Part shown: positions 1-10,489 of the stretch, piece after piece
Numbering within the stretch: the stretch's first letter is position 1
How the letters are laid out: every line of letters starts with the position of its first letter
From: an uncultured Ruminococcus sp.
GTDB lineage: Bacteria > Bacillota > Clostridia > Oscillospirales > Ruminococcaceae
DNA: 32,000 nt
Assembly (NCBI GenBank): GCA_934435205.1
Contig: CAKSAK010000005.1
Location: 23,906-55,905 of the forward strand
Direction of reading: 5' to 3'
Notes under the pieces: model-generated
Told to the model about the DNA's origin: nothing
What the model saw: the letters and a program-made list of their open reading frames with translations, nothing else
Database searches by the model: none
Position numbers and translations under genes: made by a program

Positions 1-1579
1 CACGGCACTTTGCAAGGCTTATTTCTCCGCCCCCTGTGGCAACTGCTCTTGTGCGGTGCTTGGAGTCTTTCACAAGTCCGAACATTGGGCAGGTCACACC
101 CATTCGCTCTAAGACAGGCTCAACGGCATTGACGTGGCCGTTTCCACCGTCGAGCAAGATAAGGTCGGGCATAATGGAAAAGCCCTCGTCTGTTTTCTCA
201 AAATAGTTTCTGAATCGACGTTCTATGACCTCCTGCATACAGGCATAGTCATTTTGCTCTGCCACTGTTTTGATAGAGAACTTTTTATAATACTTCTTGC
301 ATGGTCTGCCGTTTTCAAAGACCACCATGCCTGCTACCATATTTGTGGAGGCGAGGTTTGAGATATCGTAGCACTCGATATATTTCGGAGTTTTGGGAAG
401 TCCCAGTGCTTTGGCAAGCTCTTCAAGGGCGGTTATCTCACGGCTCGTTCTGCCGACTTTTATGGAAAGATACTCGGTGGCGTTGCTTTTGGCAAGGGTG
501 GTAAGGCGGAGAAACTGTCCTCTTTTCGGGGTGGAGATATTCACGGCATGGTCATACTTCTGGCGGAGAAATTTTTCTATTATCTCTCCGTTTGTAATAT
601 CCTCGTCAAGGAGGATATCTTTCGGTATGCTGTCTTTGGAAGAATAATACTGCATGAGAAAATCTTCACGCATTTTTACACTGTCGTCTTTCTCTCCCAG
701 AAAATAGGAAGCCTTATCAAAAAGTCTGCCCCCACGGTACATTATAACGCTGGCACAAGCCATTTCGCCATTTTGAGCAATGGCGATTATATCAGTGTCA
801 CGAATATCGTCATTAATTATCTTCTGACTTTCAGCGGCTTTCTGTATGGCTTGGATACGGTCACGGAGCTTTGCGGCAAGCTCAAAGTCAAGCTCTTCGG
901 CGGCTTTGTTCATTTCCTCGGTGAGCCTTTCAACTGAATCTGACGAGCCGTTTCGGATATAGTCCACCGCCTGACGGACGATAGAATTATACTCCTCTTT
1001 TGAGAACTTCCCTGTGCAAACGCCCATGCACTGCTTGATGTGCAAATTAAGGCAGGGACGCTGTTTTCTGAAATCCTGAGGGAATTTTCGGGTACAGGTA
1101 GGGAGCATAAAGACTTTATTGGCCTCGATAACGGCTTGTTTTACTGCGAAGGAGCTTGTATAAGGTCCTATATACTCTGCACCGTCGTCATATTTTTGCA
1201 GGACAGCTTGCAGGCGTGGATAGTCCTCATTTGTGACCCTGATATAGCTATAGCCCTTATCGTCTTTCAGCAGGATATTATACTTCGGGGTATACTGCTT
1301 TATAAGAGAACACTCCAGCACAAGGGCTTCAAACTCAGAGTCGGTGACGATAAAGTCATAGTCATAGACGTGGGACACCATTTTCCAAACTTTCGGAAGA
1401 TGATCCTGACCCTTTCTGAAATAAGATGTCACACGGTTGCGGAGATTTTTCGCTTTGCCGATATAGATTATCTTTTTCATTTTGTCTTTCATTATATAAC
1501 AGCCCGGTGAGGTGGTGAGCTTTGAAGTTTTATCACGCAGAAATGGCAGTCGTGGGTTGTCTTCATCTGTAATATACAT
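1..1579 (-). CDS. uvrC: Excinuclease ABC subunit C (UvrC); C-terminal part runs off the left edge
   Basis: Absent from the ORF track because no stop lies in the window. My reverse-strand translation from ATG 1579 reads MYITDEDNPRLPFLRDKTSKLTTSPGCYIMKDKMKKIIYIGKAKNLRNRVTSYF (GIY-YIG N-terminus), then ...LDFELAAKLRDRIQAI (UVR motif), and stays open to position 1. AGGAG lies 5 nt upstream (1585-1589). Confidence 0.9.
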   Translation of the reverse strand, partial: MYITDEDNPRLPFLRDKTSKLTTSPGCYIMKDKMKKIIYIGKAKNLRNRVTSYFRKGQDHLPKVWKMVSHVYDYDFIVTDSEFEALVLECSLIKQYTPKYNILLKDDKGYSYIRVTNEDYPRLQAVLQKYDDGAEYIGPYTSSFAVKQAVIEANKVFMLPTCTRKFPQDFRKQRPCLNLHIKQCMGVCTGKFSKEEYNSIVRQAVDYIRNGSSDSVERLTEEMNKAAEELDFELAAKLRDRIQAIQKAAESQKIINDDIRDTDIIAIAQNGEMACASVIMYRGGRLFDKASYFLGEKDDSVKMREDFLMQYYSSKDSIPKDILLDEDITNGEIIEKFLRQKYDHAVNISTPKRGQFLRLTTLAKSNATEYLSIKVGRTSREITALEELAKALGLPKTPKYIECYDISNLASTNMVAGMVVFENGRPCKKYYKKFSIKTVAEQNDYACMQEVIERRFRNYFEKTDEGFSIMPDLILLDGGNGHVNAVEPVLERMGVTCPMFGLVKDSKHRTRAVATGGGEISLAKCR

Positions 1580-1675
1580 AAATTCTCCTATCTTTAAACT
1601 GAGTGGGACGCATGGGCGGTATGTGAAAATTTGGGGTGTATCGTGAGAAAATTCGTGGGAGTTATGTGAAAAGGC

Positions 1676-1698
1676 GGGCGACCTCAGGTCGCCCCTAC
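1676..1698 (-). repeat. REP-like hairpin GGGCGACC-TCA-GGTCGCCC + CTAC (GTAG head on minus strand)
   Basis: 8-bp perfect stem with a 3-nt loop, 38 nt downstream of the L,D-transpeptidase stop. Read on the minus strand, the hairpin is followed by GCCTTTT. Confidence 0.8.
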
Positions 1699-1735
1699 AA
1701 AGGGTGCGGAGAGTTCGCCCGTTATTTCGCAGTTT

Positions 1736-3538
1736 TTACCAATACATAAATACAGGAGTACCCATATCTATTTTTTCATAAACGTATTTTGCTTTATCAA
1801 AAGGCATATTTATACAGCCGTGTGAGCCCCATGTGCTTGACTTATAACGCTCACCGCCAAAGTTGCCGTTCTGCCATGATGCGTCATGAAGTCCTATGCC
1901 TATAGTCGAGATATTGTTCCAATAGTCAACATAGGAAGCATATGACTGTCCGTCTGCTGAGCCTCTGAGGGTCTTGCCCTTTTCCTTATACCAAAGCTTA
2001 TAAACACCGCCAGGGGTATTTCTTGACTTGCTTGGATAGCCTGAAACTATATCAGACTCCATTGTGAGCTTGCCGTCTTTATAATACCACAAATGCTGTG
2101 CGGTAAGGTCTACCTCGATATAAGTGTTGCCGTAATCCTTATCGGCTGTACGCCAATCCTTATTGCAGGTATACTCATAGGCTGAGTCAGGGTTTACATA
2201 GTAGACAGGCTCAGTTTCGGCAGACTCGCCTTTTTCAACAAGGTCTACGATAAGGCCGCAGGTCTTTTGCTGGTCTATCCACCAGCCGTAACAGCCCTCG
2301 CCCTGGGAGATAGTGATAGTTCCACGCTTTGTGGTCTTGAACTCTCTGTCCTTATTAAAAGTATCATACTTATCTGCAAGGTCTTCAACATATGCCATTG
2401 CCTTATCTTCGTCAACTGTATAGCCAGCTTCGGCGTTATCCTCGTCAAAGGTTATCCAATCCATGATAGTATCGCCCGTGAGAGTTTCGGTGGTGTAGAT
2501 AAAGTCGAATGTTATTTCGATATCGTTAAGGTTATTGAGCTTCTGGCAGGTCTCTTCAAGCATATCCGCTGTTATGGCAGGCTTTTTATAGCAATCTGCC
2601 TGTGAGATATCAACATCAAAGCTACCGTCGTCAAGCTGTTCTTCCACATAGGAATAAAGCTCGTCTATCTTATCCTCCTCCACAGCGTCGCCCGTGGTCT
2701 CTTTCACAACAACATAGCTGTTATCGTCGCCCTTTTTGATATAGGCGTCCTCTGGCTCTTTTGTGCTTTGGGAGTCAAGCACCTTTCTTTTCAGCACCTT
2801 TTCAAGCTTAGCCTTATCGTACTTGAACTTTGATTCAAAAGTGAAATCCGTACGCTTCATGGCAGAAGAGAACCATGAATAGTGGTTTTGCTGAGTATAA
2901 TACTGTGTGATAAGGTTTTGAGTATTATCGTTATAGCCTATTTCAGACAGCTTTATGGAAAAAGCTGTGCCGTCTTTCTTTGTAACGGTTATGGCTTTAG
3001 GGATAACAGCCTGCTCGCTTACCAGCTTATAGGCCTCCGCCTTGGTCTTTCCGCTGACCTCTATGCCGTTTATATATGTATTTCCAAGAAACTTATCCTT
3101 ATACGAATTCATGCCCCACAGATAGAATCCGCCTGCGGCGACTATCATAACGCCAACAACTGAGCATATTGCGATTGCGGCGGTCTTTCCTGACGAGGAC
3201 TTCTTTTTCTTCTTTTTACCATTCTTTGAGCCGTTCTTTGAAGTCTGCTTTGATGCAGGCTTTGCATTTTTACTGCGTGTTTCAGTCGTTTTTGGCTTTT
3301 TAGGCTTGACAGTTTCCTCGCCAAAATCTGAAACTCCTCTTACGGGAGTGATAGGCTCGTCAAAGCCGCCGTCCTGCATTGCCATATTTTTGGCGATCAT
3401 TCTTGCCATATCCTCATGGCTCATAGGGCGGTTCTGCGCCTGCGGCTTTGCGGCGTCATCGCTGTCTAGGGTAAGACCTTTCATATCAAGGTCAAGATCT
3501 ATACCAAGGTCATTATCCTTTCTTTCTCTATCGTTCAT
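1736..3538 (-). CDS. L,D-transpeptidase (YkuD domain) with N-terminal Lys/Ser-rich region, one TM segment and a large extracytoplasmic region
   Basis: C-terminal GLHDASWQ...GSHGCINMP matches the YkuD catalytic His/Cys signature. TM segment is TAAIAICSVVGVMIVAAGGFYLW. ATG has an AAGGAAAGG SD. Confidence 0.85.
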   Translation of the reverse strand: MNDRERKDNDLGIDLDLDMKGLTLDSDDAAKPQAQNRPMSHEDMARMIAKNMAMQDGGFDEPITPVRGVSDFGEETVKPKKPKTTETRSKNAKPASKQTSKNGSKNGKKKKKKSSSGKTAAIAICSVVGVMIVAAGGFYLWGMNSYKDKFLGNTYINGIEVSGKTKAEAYKLVSEQAVIPKAITVTKKDGTAFSIKLSEIGYNDNTQNLITQYYTQQNHYSWFSSAMKRTDFTFESKFKYDKAKLEKVLKRKVLDSQSTKEPEDAYIKKGDDNSYVVVKETTGDAVEEDKIDELYSYVEEQLDDGSFDVDISQADCYKKPAITADMLEETCQKLNNLNDIEITFDFIYTTETLTGDTIMDWITFDEDNAEAGYTVDEDKAMAYVEDLADKYDTFNKDREFKTTKRGTITISQGEGCYGWWIDQQKTCGLIVDLVEKGESAETEPVYYVNPDSAYEYTCNKDWRTADKDYGNTYIEVDLTAQHLWYYKDGKLTMESDIVSGYPSKSRNTPGGVYKLWYKEKGKTLRGSADGQSYASYVDYWNNISTIGIGLHDASWQNGNFGGERYKSSTWGSHGCINMPFDKAKYVYEKIDMGTPVFMYW

Positions 3539-3761
3539 AACATTACCTTTCCTTATATATCCTTATTATATACTCGTTTCACATTTATTTTACCCTATTA
3601 TACAACACTATCACCTTTTTTTCAAGGAGTATTTCCTACAATATAAAGACAATTTTATGACGATTTCTCAACAGTTTTCATACAGTTGTATAAAAATGCA
3701 GTTTTCAAAAAGTTATCCTGCATATTTTTCCTGTGACAAGGAATTTTTTTTGCAAAACCTC

Positions 3762-3790
3762 TTGAAAAAGATCACAATAAGTATTATAAT
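3762..3790 (+). promoter_or_regulatory. Sigma-A type promoter for ilvE
   Basis: TTGAAA (3762-3767), 17-nt spacer, TATAAT (3785-3790), about 60 nt upstream of the ilvE ATG. Confidence 0.55.
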
Positions 3791-3848
3791 ATATGTGGTA
3801 AAGGTTCGCTTGGCGAGCCGATCATTAATTTAAGAAAGAAGGATCTGT

Positions 3849-4919
3849 ATGTTAGATATCAAGATCGAACGTACCACTACTCCAAAGGAAAAACCGGCTG
3901 ACGAGACAAAGCTTGGTTTCGGTCACATTTTTACTGACCATATGTTTGTTATGAATTATGACGCAGGTCAGGGCTGGCATGACGCTAGGATCGTGCCTTA
4001 CGGCGACCTTTCGCTCTCCCCTGCTGCTATGTGCCTGCACTACGGTCAGGAGATATTCGAGGGTCTTAAGGCTTATCGTACTGCTGACGGCTCTGTTCAG
4101 CTTTTCAGACCTCAGGAGAACTTCAAGAGAATGAACAACTCTGCTGAGAGAATGGTAATTCCTAAGATAAACGAAGAGGATATGCTTTATGCTCTGAAAA
4201 CTCTCGTTAAAATGGAGCAGGACTGGGTTCCTCACACTGAGGGTGCTTCCCTTTACATCAGACCATTTATCATCGCAGTTGACCCATATGTAGGTGTTAA
4301 GCCTGCTGACCACTATCTGTTCATCATTATTCTTTCACCTTCTGGCGCTTACTATTCAACCGGTCTTAACCCTGTTAAGATCTACGTTGAGAACAAGTAT
4401 GTAAGAGCCGTAAGAGGCGGTACAGGCTTTGCTAAGACAGCCGCTAACTACGCTATCTCACTTGCTGGTCAGGAAGAAGCTCACGAGCAGGATTACGAGC
4501 AGGTACTTTGGCTTGACGGTGTTGAAAGAAAGTATGTTGAGGAAGTTGGCTCAATGAACATCTTCTTCGTTATTGACGGCGAAGTTGTTACACCACAGCT
4601 CCTTGGCTCTGTTCTCCCTGGTATCACAAGAAAGTCTGCTCTTGAGATATGCAAGAAGAAGGGTTACAAGGTAAGCGAGAGAAAGATCTCTATTGAGGAG
4701 ATCGCTGAGGCTTACGACAACGGCAAGCTTGACGAGGTATTCGGCACAGGTACTGCTGCTGTTATCTCACCTGTTGGTCATCTTAAGTGGGGCGACAAGG
4801 TAATGGAGATAAACAACAACAAGATCGGCCCTGTTTCACAGATGCTTTATGATACAATGACAGGCATTCAGTGGGGCAAGATACCAGACGAGTTCGGCTG
4901 GATCGTTAAGATCGACTAA
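3849..4919 (+). CDS. ilvE: Branched-chain amino acid aminotransferase
   Basis: 356 aa. Class IV aminotransferase features are present along the whole length (FGHIFTDHMF, YGQEIFEGLKAYR, GTGFAKTAANYA, GITR, GTGTAAVISPV). Confidence 0.93.
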   Translation: MLDIKIERTTTPKEKPADETKLGFGHIFTDHMFVMNYDAGQGWHDARIVPYGDLSLSPAAMCLHYGQEIFEGLKAYRTADGSVQLFRPQENFKRMNNSAERMVIPKINEEDMLYALKTLVKMEQDWVPHTEGASLYIRPFIIAVDPYVGVKPADHYLFIIILSPSGAYYSTGLNPVKIYVENKYVRAVRGGTGFAKTAANYAISLAGQEEAHEQDYEQVLWLDGVERKYVEEVGSMNIFFVIDGEVVTPQLLGSVLPGITRKSALEICKKKGYKVSERKISIEEIAEAYDNGKLDEVFGTGTAAVISPVGHLKWGDKVMEINNNKIGPVSQMLYDTMTGIQWGKIPDEFGWIVKID

Positions 4920-4934
4920 TATCGTGAATAATCA

Positions 4935-4968
4935 ATGCGGTCTGTGCTTCGGTATAGACCGCATTTTT
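4935..4968 (+). terminator. Rho-independent terminator after ilvE
   Basis: ATGCGGTCT / AGACCGCAT 9-bp stem followed by TTTTT. Confidence 0.75.
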
Positions 4969-4984
4969 CATAGGAGTGATAAAA

Positions 4985-5695
4985 ATGGAACTGCAGCAGA
5001 TAATAGACAAATCACACAGGATAGTTTTCTTTGGCGGTGCAGGGGTATCAACAGAGAGCGGCATACCTGATTTTCGGTCGGTGGACGGGCTTTACAATCA
5101 GAAATATGATCATCCCCCTGAGCAGATACTTAGCCACACGTTTTTTATGCGGCACACAAAGGCGTTCTATGATTTTTACCGTGACAAAATGCTTTGTTTG
5201 ACGGCAAAGCCTAACAAGGCGCATTACAAGCTAGCGGAAATGGAGAGGGCAGGCATACTTTCTTCTGTTATCACCCAGAACATTGACGGACTTCACACAG
5301 CGGCAGGAAGCAAAAAGGTGCTGGAGCTTCATGGAAGCGTTCACCGCAACTACTGCATGGACTGCGGAAAATTCTACACGGCTGAGGATATTTTAAACAG
5401 CACAGGCGTGCCGAAATGCACCTGTGGCGGAACTATCAAGCCTGACGTTGTGCTTTACGAGGAGGGGCTTGATGATGAAACCGTGACGGAGGCGGTGAGA
5501 GAGATCTCTCAATGCGACACGCTTATTATTGCAGGCACTTCTCTGACAGTTTATCCTGCGGCAGGAATGGTGAGATATTTTCAGGGGGATAATCTTGTGC
5601 TGATAAATCGGGACAAGACTTCCATGGACGGTTCCTGCGACCTTGTTATCCATGACAAGGTGGGGGAAACGCTGGACAAGATAGTGATAAAGTAA
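4985..5695 (+). CDS. cobB: NAD-dependent protein deacylase (Sir2 family)
   Basis: GAGVSTESGIPDFRS, TQNIDGLH and a Zn-ribbon CxxC...CxC are present. The track start (GTG 4976) overlaps the SD. ATG 4985 sits 8 nt after AGGAG (4972-4976), so I prefer it. Confidence 0.9.
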   Translation: MELQQIIDKSHRIVFFGGAGVSTESGIPDFRSVDGLYNQKYDHPPEQILSHTFFMRHTKAFYDFYRDKMLCLTAKPNKAHYKLAEMERAGILSSVITQNIDGLHTAAGSKKVLELHGSVHRNYCMDCGKFYTAEDILNSTGVPKCTCGGTIKPDVVLYEEGLDDETVTEAVREISQCDTLIIAGTSLTVYPAAGMVRYFQGDNLVLINRDKTSMDGSCDLVIHDKVGETLDKIVIK

Positions 5696-5731
5696 AGATA
5701 ACAAACGCAATTACAAGGCGAGATAACAAAC

Positions 5732-5754
5732 GGGCGAACGCTGTTCGCCCCTAC
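5732..5754 (-). repeat. REP-like hairpin GGGCGAAC-GCT-GTTCGCCC + CTAC
   Basis: Lies between the convergent sirtuin and ABC genes. On the minus strand the hairpin is followed by GTTTGTT, 45 nt after the ABC stop. It shares the flank CTAC-MGGTGGTGG with the copy at 24262. Confidence 0.8.
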
Positions 5755-5798
5755 CGGTGGTGGGGGTGATATGCGGTCGCCCGTGTTTTTATGTGATT

Positions 5799-7574
5799 TT
5801 ATTCGTCCATATGCTGTGCGGTATAAAGCTTGTAGTATTCGCCCTTCTTTGCGATAAGCTCGTCATGAGTGCCGCACTCTGCGATACCCTTATTGTCGAT
5901 ATACATTATCTTATCGCAGTTTTTGATAGTGGAAAGTCTATGTGCGATAATAAATGATGTTCTGCCAACAAGAAGTCTTTGAAGTCCCTGCTGGAGGAGC
6001 TTTTCTGTTCGTGCGTCTATTGATGAAGTGGCTTCGTCAAGGACAAGTATTTTCGGGTCGGAGAGGAGCGTTCTTGCAAAGGAGATAAGCTGTTTCTGTC
6101 CGCCTGAAAGCTTTGAGCCACGCTCGTTGACCTCGGTCATATAGCCGTCTTTCATTTCGCTTATGAACTCGTCTGCGCAGACTATCTTTGCGGCTTCTCT
6201 TATTTCTTCTTCCGTTGCGTCAAGTCTGCCGTAGCGGATATTATCGTAAATAGTGCCGCTGAAAATAAAGCTGTCTTGGAGCATTATGCCCATTTGTGAG
6301 CGAAGTGAATGCAAGGTCGCCTGACTTATATCCTTACCGTCTATGGTTATCTTACCGCTGTCTAGGTCATAAAATCTTGACAGCAGGGAAACTACTGTAG
6401 ATTTTCCTGCGCCTGTTGGTCCAACGAGGGCAACGCTTTCGCCCGGCTTAACGTCAAAGGAGATATGCTCCAAAACTGTTTTGTCCTGCTCATAGCTGAA
6501 TGTAACGTCATCAAATTTTACTTCGCCTGTGATATCACCGATATCCTGAGCGTTCGGCTTGTCTGCGATAGTGGCAGGCTCGTCAAGAGTTTCAAAGATA
6601 CGCTCAAGATAGGCGATATTGTTGATGAAGTTATTGAAGATGTTTGAAAGGTTCATGATAGGCTGCCAGAAGCTTGAAGCATAGCTTGTCATGGCAACGA
6701 TAGTTCCAAGGCTCACTGCCGCAGGGGTCAGAACCAGCAGACCCACCACGAATATTGCGGCTCTCACAAGAGTAGAAACGTTGTCGGTAGCAGGCCAAAC
6801 AAGGTGTGAATACTTCACGGCGTTTATCCAGCTTTTACGATATTTTTCTGAGAGCCTGTCAAATATCTCAGCGTTTTCTTCCTCACGGGTGAATATCTGG
6901 GTCACTCTTGCGCCTGTGATGTTTTCCTGCAAATAGGCGTTAAGGTTGGAGGACTTGTTGGAAACGTCCTGCCATGCTTTACGCTGTCTTTTCTTTATCA
7001 TCATCATTATGACCGCAAATATCGGCAGACCCGAAAGCACCACCAATGACAGCTTCACGTTCACAAAGAACATGAATATCATAATGAAAAGCATATTAAG
7101 GCACTCGAGTATAACATTGATGATACCGTTTGAGAGCATATCCGACACGGAGTTTACATAGTTTACAACTCTTATAAGAATCTTGCCGTGTGGGCGGTTG
7201 TCGTAATATTCAAATGGCAGTTCCTGCAAATGCTTGAAAAGGTCGGTACGGATATCGAAGATTATATCCTGACCAACAACGGTCATTATCCTTGAACGGA
7301 TAGTGGAGAATGTTATGGACACTGCTATCGTGCCCACAAATGCGAGGGTGAGCAGGACGAGCTGTCCCATGTTTTTCTGCGGAATGGTGTTATCAAGGGC
7401 GTACTGTGTGATAAGCGGTCCGAGAAGTCCCGAAATTGCGGCGAACACGCTGAGCACAAGGGCGGTTATCATTTTGCCCTTATATTTTTTGATATACACA
7501 AAGGAGCGTTTCAGGTGGGCGAAGTCGAATGGAGTTTCAAGGACTTCGTCAACGTCATAACGGTTTCTTGCCAT
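5799..7574 (-). CDS. ABC transporter, fused permease/ATPase (exporter type), subunit 2 of a heterodimer
   Basis: 591 aa with an N-terminal 6-TM domain. Walker A GPTGAGKST, signature LSGGQKQ, Walker B ILVLDEATS. Confidence 0.9.
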   Translation of the reverse strand: MARNRYDVDEVLETPFDFAHLKRSFVYIKKYKGKMITALVLSVFAAISGLLGPLITQYALDNTIPQKNMGQLVLLTLAFVGTIAVSITFSTIRSRIMTVVGQDIIFDIRTDLFKHLQELPFEYYDNRPHGKILIRVVNYVNSVSDMLSNGIINVILECLNMLFIMIFMFFVNVKLSLVVLSGLPIFAVIMMMIKKRQRKAWQDVSNKSSNLNAYLQENITGARVTQIFTREEENAEIFDRLSEKYRKSWINAVKYSHLVWPATDNVSTLVRAAIFVVGLLVLTPAAVSLGTIVAMTSYASSFWQPIMNLSNIFNNFINNIAYLERIFETLDEPATIADKPNAQDIGDITGEVKFDDVTFSYEQDKTVLEHISFDVKPGESVALVGPTGAGKSTVVSLLSRFYDLDSGKITIDGKDISQATLHSLRSQMGIMLQDSFIFSGTIYDNIRYGRLDATEEEIREAAKIVCADEFISEMKDGYMTEVNERGSKLSGGQKQLISFARTLLSDPKILVLDEATSSIDARTEKLLQQGLQRLLVGRTSFIIAHRLSTIKNCDKIMYIDNKGIAECGTHDELIAKKGEYYKLYTAQHMDE

Positions 7575-9338
7575 TCAGACCGCCTCCTTTCCAAAGCCCT
7601 CGTTCTGGAGCTTGAATACCTCATAGTAATAGCCCTTTTTGGCGATAAGCTCTTCATGAGTGCCCATTTCGGTTATTTTGCCGTCGTCAAGGATTATTAT
7701 GACATCTGCGTCCTTGGTGGAGGAGATACGCTGGGCAATGATAAGCTTTGTGCATGGGAAGTCAAGGTTTCTCAGGCTGTCCTGAATATACTTTTCCGTT
7801 TCCATATCCACGGCGGAGGTGGTATCGTCAAGGATAAGAATGGCAGGCTTTATGGCAAGTGCTCTTGCAAGAGACAATCTCTGTTTCTGTCCGCCTGAAA
7901 GACCTACGCCTCGCTCGCCGACGATAGTGTCATAGCCCTCAGGCATTTTCTCAACGAACTCGTTTGCTGCCGCAAGCTTTGCATAGTGCTTAACGTCCTC
8001 TTCAGACATATCGGAATCGCCGTATGCAATATTGCCGTCTATGGTATCAGAGAAAAGCAGGACGTCCTGCGTTGCCATGCCTATCTGCGAGCGGAGCTGT
8101 GAGAGCTTACGCTTTCTTACGTTCACACCGTCAACGAGAACTTCTCCTGAGTTGGTATCATAAAATCTTGGAATGAGGTTTATAAGCGAGGTCTTGCCTG
8201 AACCTGTTTCGCCCATTATGGCAACGGTCTGACCTGCTTTTATCTTGAAGTTCACGTTGTCAAGGACTATATGCTTGCCAAACTTGAAGGTAACGTCCTT
8301 GAACTGGATATCTCCGTGAAGCCTTTCTGTCTGGTCAACTGCGTCTTCACGGTCGGAGATGATAGGTCTTGCATAGTATATCTCGATGACCTTCATTGCG
8401 GAAGCCATGAACCTTTGCATATCGTTCACATAGATACCAAGGTTTCTGACAGGGTTTGCGATGCCCCAGATAAGTCCTGAGATAGCAACATACTCGCCCA
8501 TGGTTATTTCCCCTTTTATAAGGAAAAATCCGCCGCCAAGGAGCATTATAACTGACAAGGCGTTTGCGAAAGCTTCCATATAAGGAAAGAATTTCAGCCA
8601 CAGGAGTGAGGCTTTTTTGTTTGCATCGGAATAATCTTTATTGGCTTTTTGGAACTTTTCTATCTCATAGTCCTCACGGGCAAAGGCTTTTACAACTCTA
8701 TTGCCTGAGATGTTCTCCTGAGCGTCTGTATTCATTTTGGATAGCTTCTCACGGAGGTCAACGTAGACCGGCTTTGCCTTTTTATCAAGAAGCACCACCA
8801 CGCCAAATATGAATGGTGTAACAGCCAGCAGGAGAAGTGCCATTTTCCAGCTTACCATAAAGAAATAAACTGACGAGGCTATGAACAGCGAACATGATTC
8901 AAGCATTCCTTTGAAAACGAATGCCACTGCATGACGCACCATATCAAGGTCGCCTGTAAGTCTTGTCATAAGGTCGCCTGTACGGTTGCGGTCATAAAAC
9001 TCCATATCCTGATTTTCGATACGTCTGAAAAGGTGCGTTCTTATTCTGTATATCATGCCCTGAGATGATAATTCATAGGTCATGTTGCAGGTGTACTGAC
9101 AGATAGTTCTAACCAAGGTAAAGCCCACCATGCCTGCAAGCAGCAGCCAGAACAGCTTTCTTTCATGCTCAAGGTTGAAAAGTGCGTCCTTGCTTGAAAG
9201 AAACTTATCCACAAGCTCTTTGCTGAAATAAGGTGTGGTAAGATACAAGGCGTTGCATACGATAGACAGCACAAGGGCTGTTACATAGAATTTTCGGTAG
9301 CCTTTCAGGTTGTGCCATATCCATTGAAGCTGGAACAT
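7575..9338 (-). CDS. ABC transporter, fused permease/ATPase (exporter type), subunit 1 of a heterodimer
   Basis: 587 aa. GETGSGKTS, LSGGQKQR, ILILDDTTSAVD. Its stop directly abuts the start of the downstream paralog (7575/7574). Confidence 0.9.
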   Translation of the reverse strand: MFQLQWIWHNLKGYRKFYVTALVLSIVCNALYLTTPYFSKELVDKFLSSKDALFNLEHERKLFWLLLAGMVGFTLVRTICQYTCNMTYELSSQGMIYRIRTHLFRRIENQDMEFYDRNRTGDLMTRLTGDLDMVRHAVAFVFKGMLESCSLFIASSVYFFMVSWKMALLLLAVTPFIFGVVVLLDKKAKPVYVDLREKLSKMNTDAQENISGNRVVKAFAREDYEIEKFQKANKDYSDANKKASLLWLKFFPYMEAFANALSVIMLLGGGFFLIKGEITMGEYVAISGLIWGIANPVRNLGIYVNDMQRFMASAMKVIEIYYARPIISDREDAVDQTERLHGDIQFKDVTFKFGKHIVLDNVNFKIKAGQTVAIMGETGSGKTSLINLIPRFYDTNSGEVLVDGVNVRKRKLSQLRSQIGMATQDVLLFSDTIDGNIAYGDSDMSEEDVKHYAKLAAANEFVEKMPEGYDTIVGERGVGLSGGQKQRLSLARALAIKPAILILDDTTSAVDMETEKYIQDSLRNLDFPCTKLIIAQRISSTKDADVIIILDDGKITEMGTHEELIAKKGYYYEVFKLQNEGFGKEAV

Positions 9339-9724
9339 ATTCTTTCACTCTCCTTTTATTCTTCTAAACTTCATGCTCTCATAGGCACATATATAAAAAT
9401 ATGAAACCCATATTCTTTTTAAGCTATGGGATATTATAAGCCCTTTTGAAAGTAAAGTCAAGGGGGTAAAAGCATTTAGTTTAAATAAAACAAGCTAAAA
9501 AACCAACGAAGATACGAAGCTTTTGTTGTGCTTTTTCACAAATTATGAATATGTTGTTATCTAACGATAGTCATATTTAGAAGAAAACGTTTTCTTTGAC
9601 TGTTTTATTATATTAAACTAAGTTTTCGTACAATAAAATATCCGCCCTGAGATAACAAAGCGGATAGTAAATATTTTTGGTTGTCACAAAAATGGGTGAC
9701 AGAGCGGACGAGAATTTGCAAAGC

Positions 9725-9747
9725 GGGCGACCTCAGGCCGCCCCTAC
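9725..9747 (-). repeat. REP-like hairpin GGGCGACC-TCA-GGCCGCCC + CTAC
   Basis: Same variant as 1676 with one A.C mismatch. Lies 20 nt downstream of the phosphatase stop. Confidence 0.75.
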
Positions 9748-9766
9748 GGATATTCTGATAGTTTAT

Positions 9767-10474
9767 TTAGTCCTGAAAAACGTCGGTGAAGTAGCCTGCG
9801 TTGGAGATAGGTTCATTACCGCCTGCAAGGTGCTTTGTACAGCCCATGACGTGGCATCTGAAAAAGCCATAGTCGCCCTCACGCTCTTCACAGCCGAGGA
9901 CTGTCACAGAGGTAGGCTGCATATTGAAGCCATGCCACATATTCATGGTGGAAATGCCAAGGATATGTCCTATCATCACCATTGATACGGCAAAGTGACA
10001 GAAGAACACAAGGGTTTCATCGCTGTGTTTTTCAATGCGGAACATACCGTTCTCATGGATATAACCATGGTCGGCAAGAAGCTTATCAATGCCCTCATGC
10101 ACCCATTTAAGCTGTTCTTCAACATTGCCTGTTTGCATATAATCGGACTTGAACCAATTATTGCGGTCATAGTATATCTCTTTATCCGCCCACTCGGTGG
10201 GGTACATATCCCAAGGGATACGATGTCCTCCGTCGGAGGTGGGTATTATGCCGTTAAATTCTCTCAGCCAAGGGAGAGTTTCAGCGGTATCTCCACGAAG
10301 CTTCAGAGAATATTCCGCTGTGAGCTGTGCTCTGCCAAGGGGAGAAACATAGAACTTTGAAACGTCCCAGTTCTTTACACGCTGTGCAAGAAGCTCGGCT
10401 TCACGCTTGCCCTTTTCAGTAAGGGTATCATGAACGTAATCGGGATCGCCGTGTCTGATAAAAATAAGCCGCAT
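9767..10474 (-). CDS. Histidine phosphatase family protein (phosphoglycerate-mutase-like)
   Basis: N-terminal LIFIRHGDPDY (RHG catalytic motif) and a later HxxxM histidine region. 235 aa. Confidence 0.8.
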   Translation of the reverse strand: MRLIFIRHGDPDYVHDTLTEKGKREAELLAQRVKNWDVSKFYVSPLGRAQLTAEYSLKLRGDTAETLPWLREFNGIIPTSDGGHRIPWDMYPTEWADKEIYYDRNNWFKSDYMQTGNVEEQLKWVHEGIDKLLADHGYIHENGMFRIEKHSDETLVFFCHFAVSMVMIGHILGISTMNMWHGFNMQPTSVTVLGCEEREGDYGFFRCHVMGCTKHLAGGNEPISNAGYFTDVFQD

Positions 10475-10489
10475 AAAAATACCTCCTGT

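Noticed and set aside
134-1510. Five plus-strand ORFs (67-156 aa) from the track
   Set aside because: They lie antisense to a continuous, clearly recognisable uvrC reading frame. Their translations are low-complexity with no recognisable motifs.
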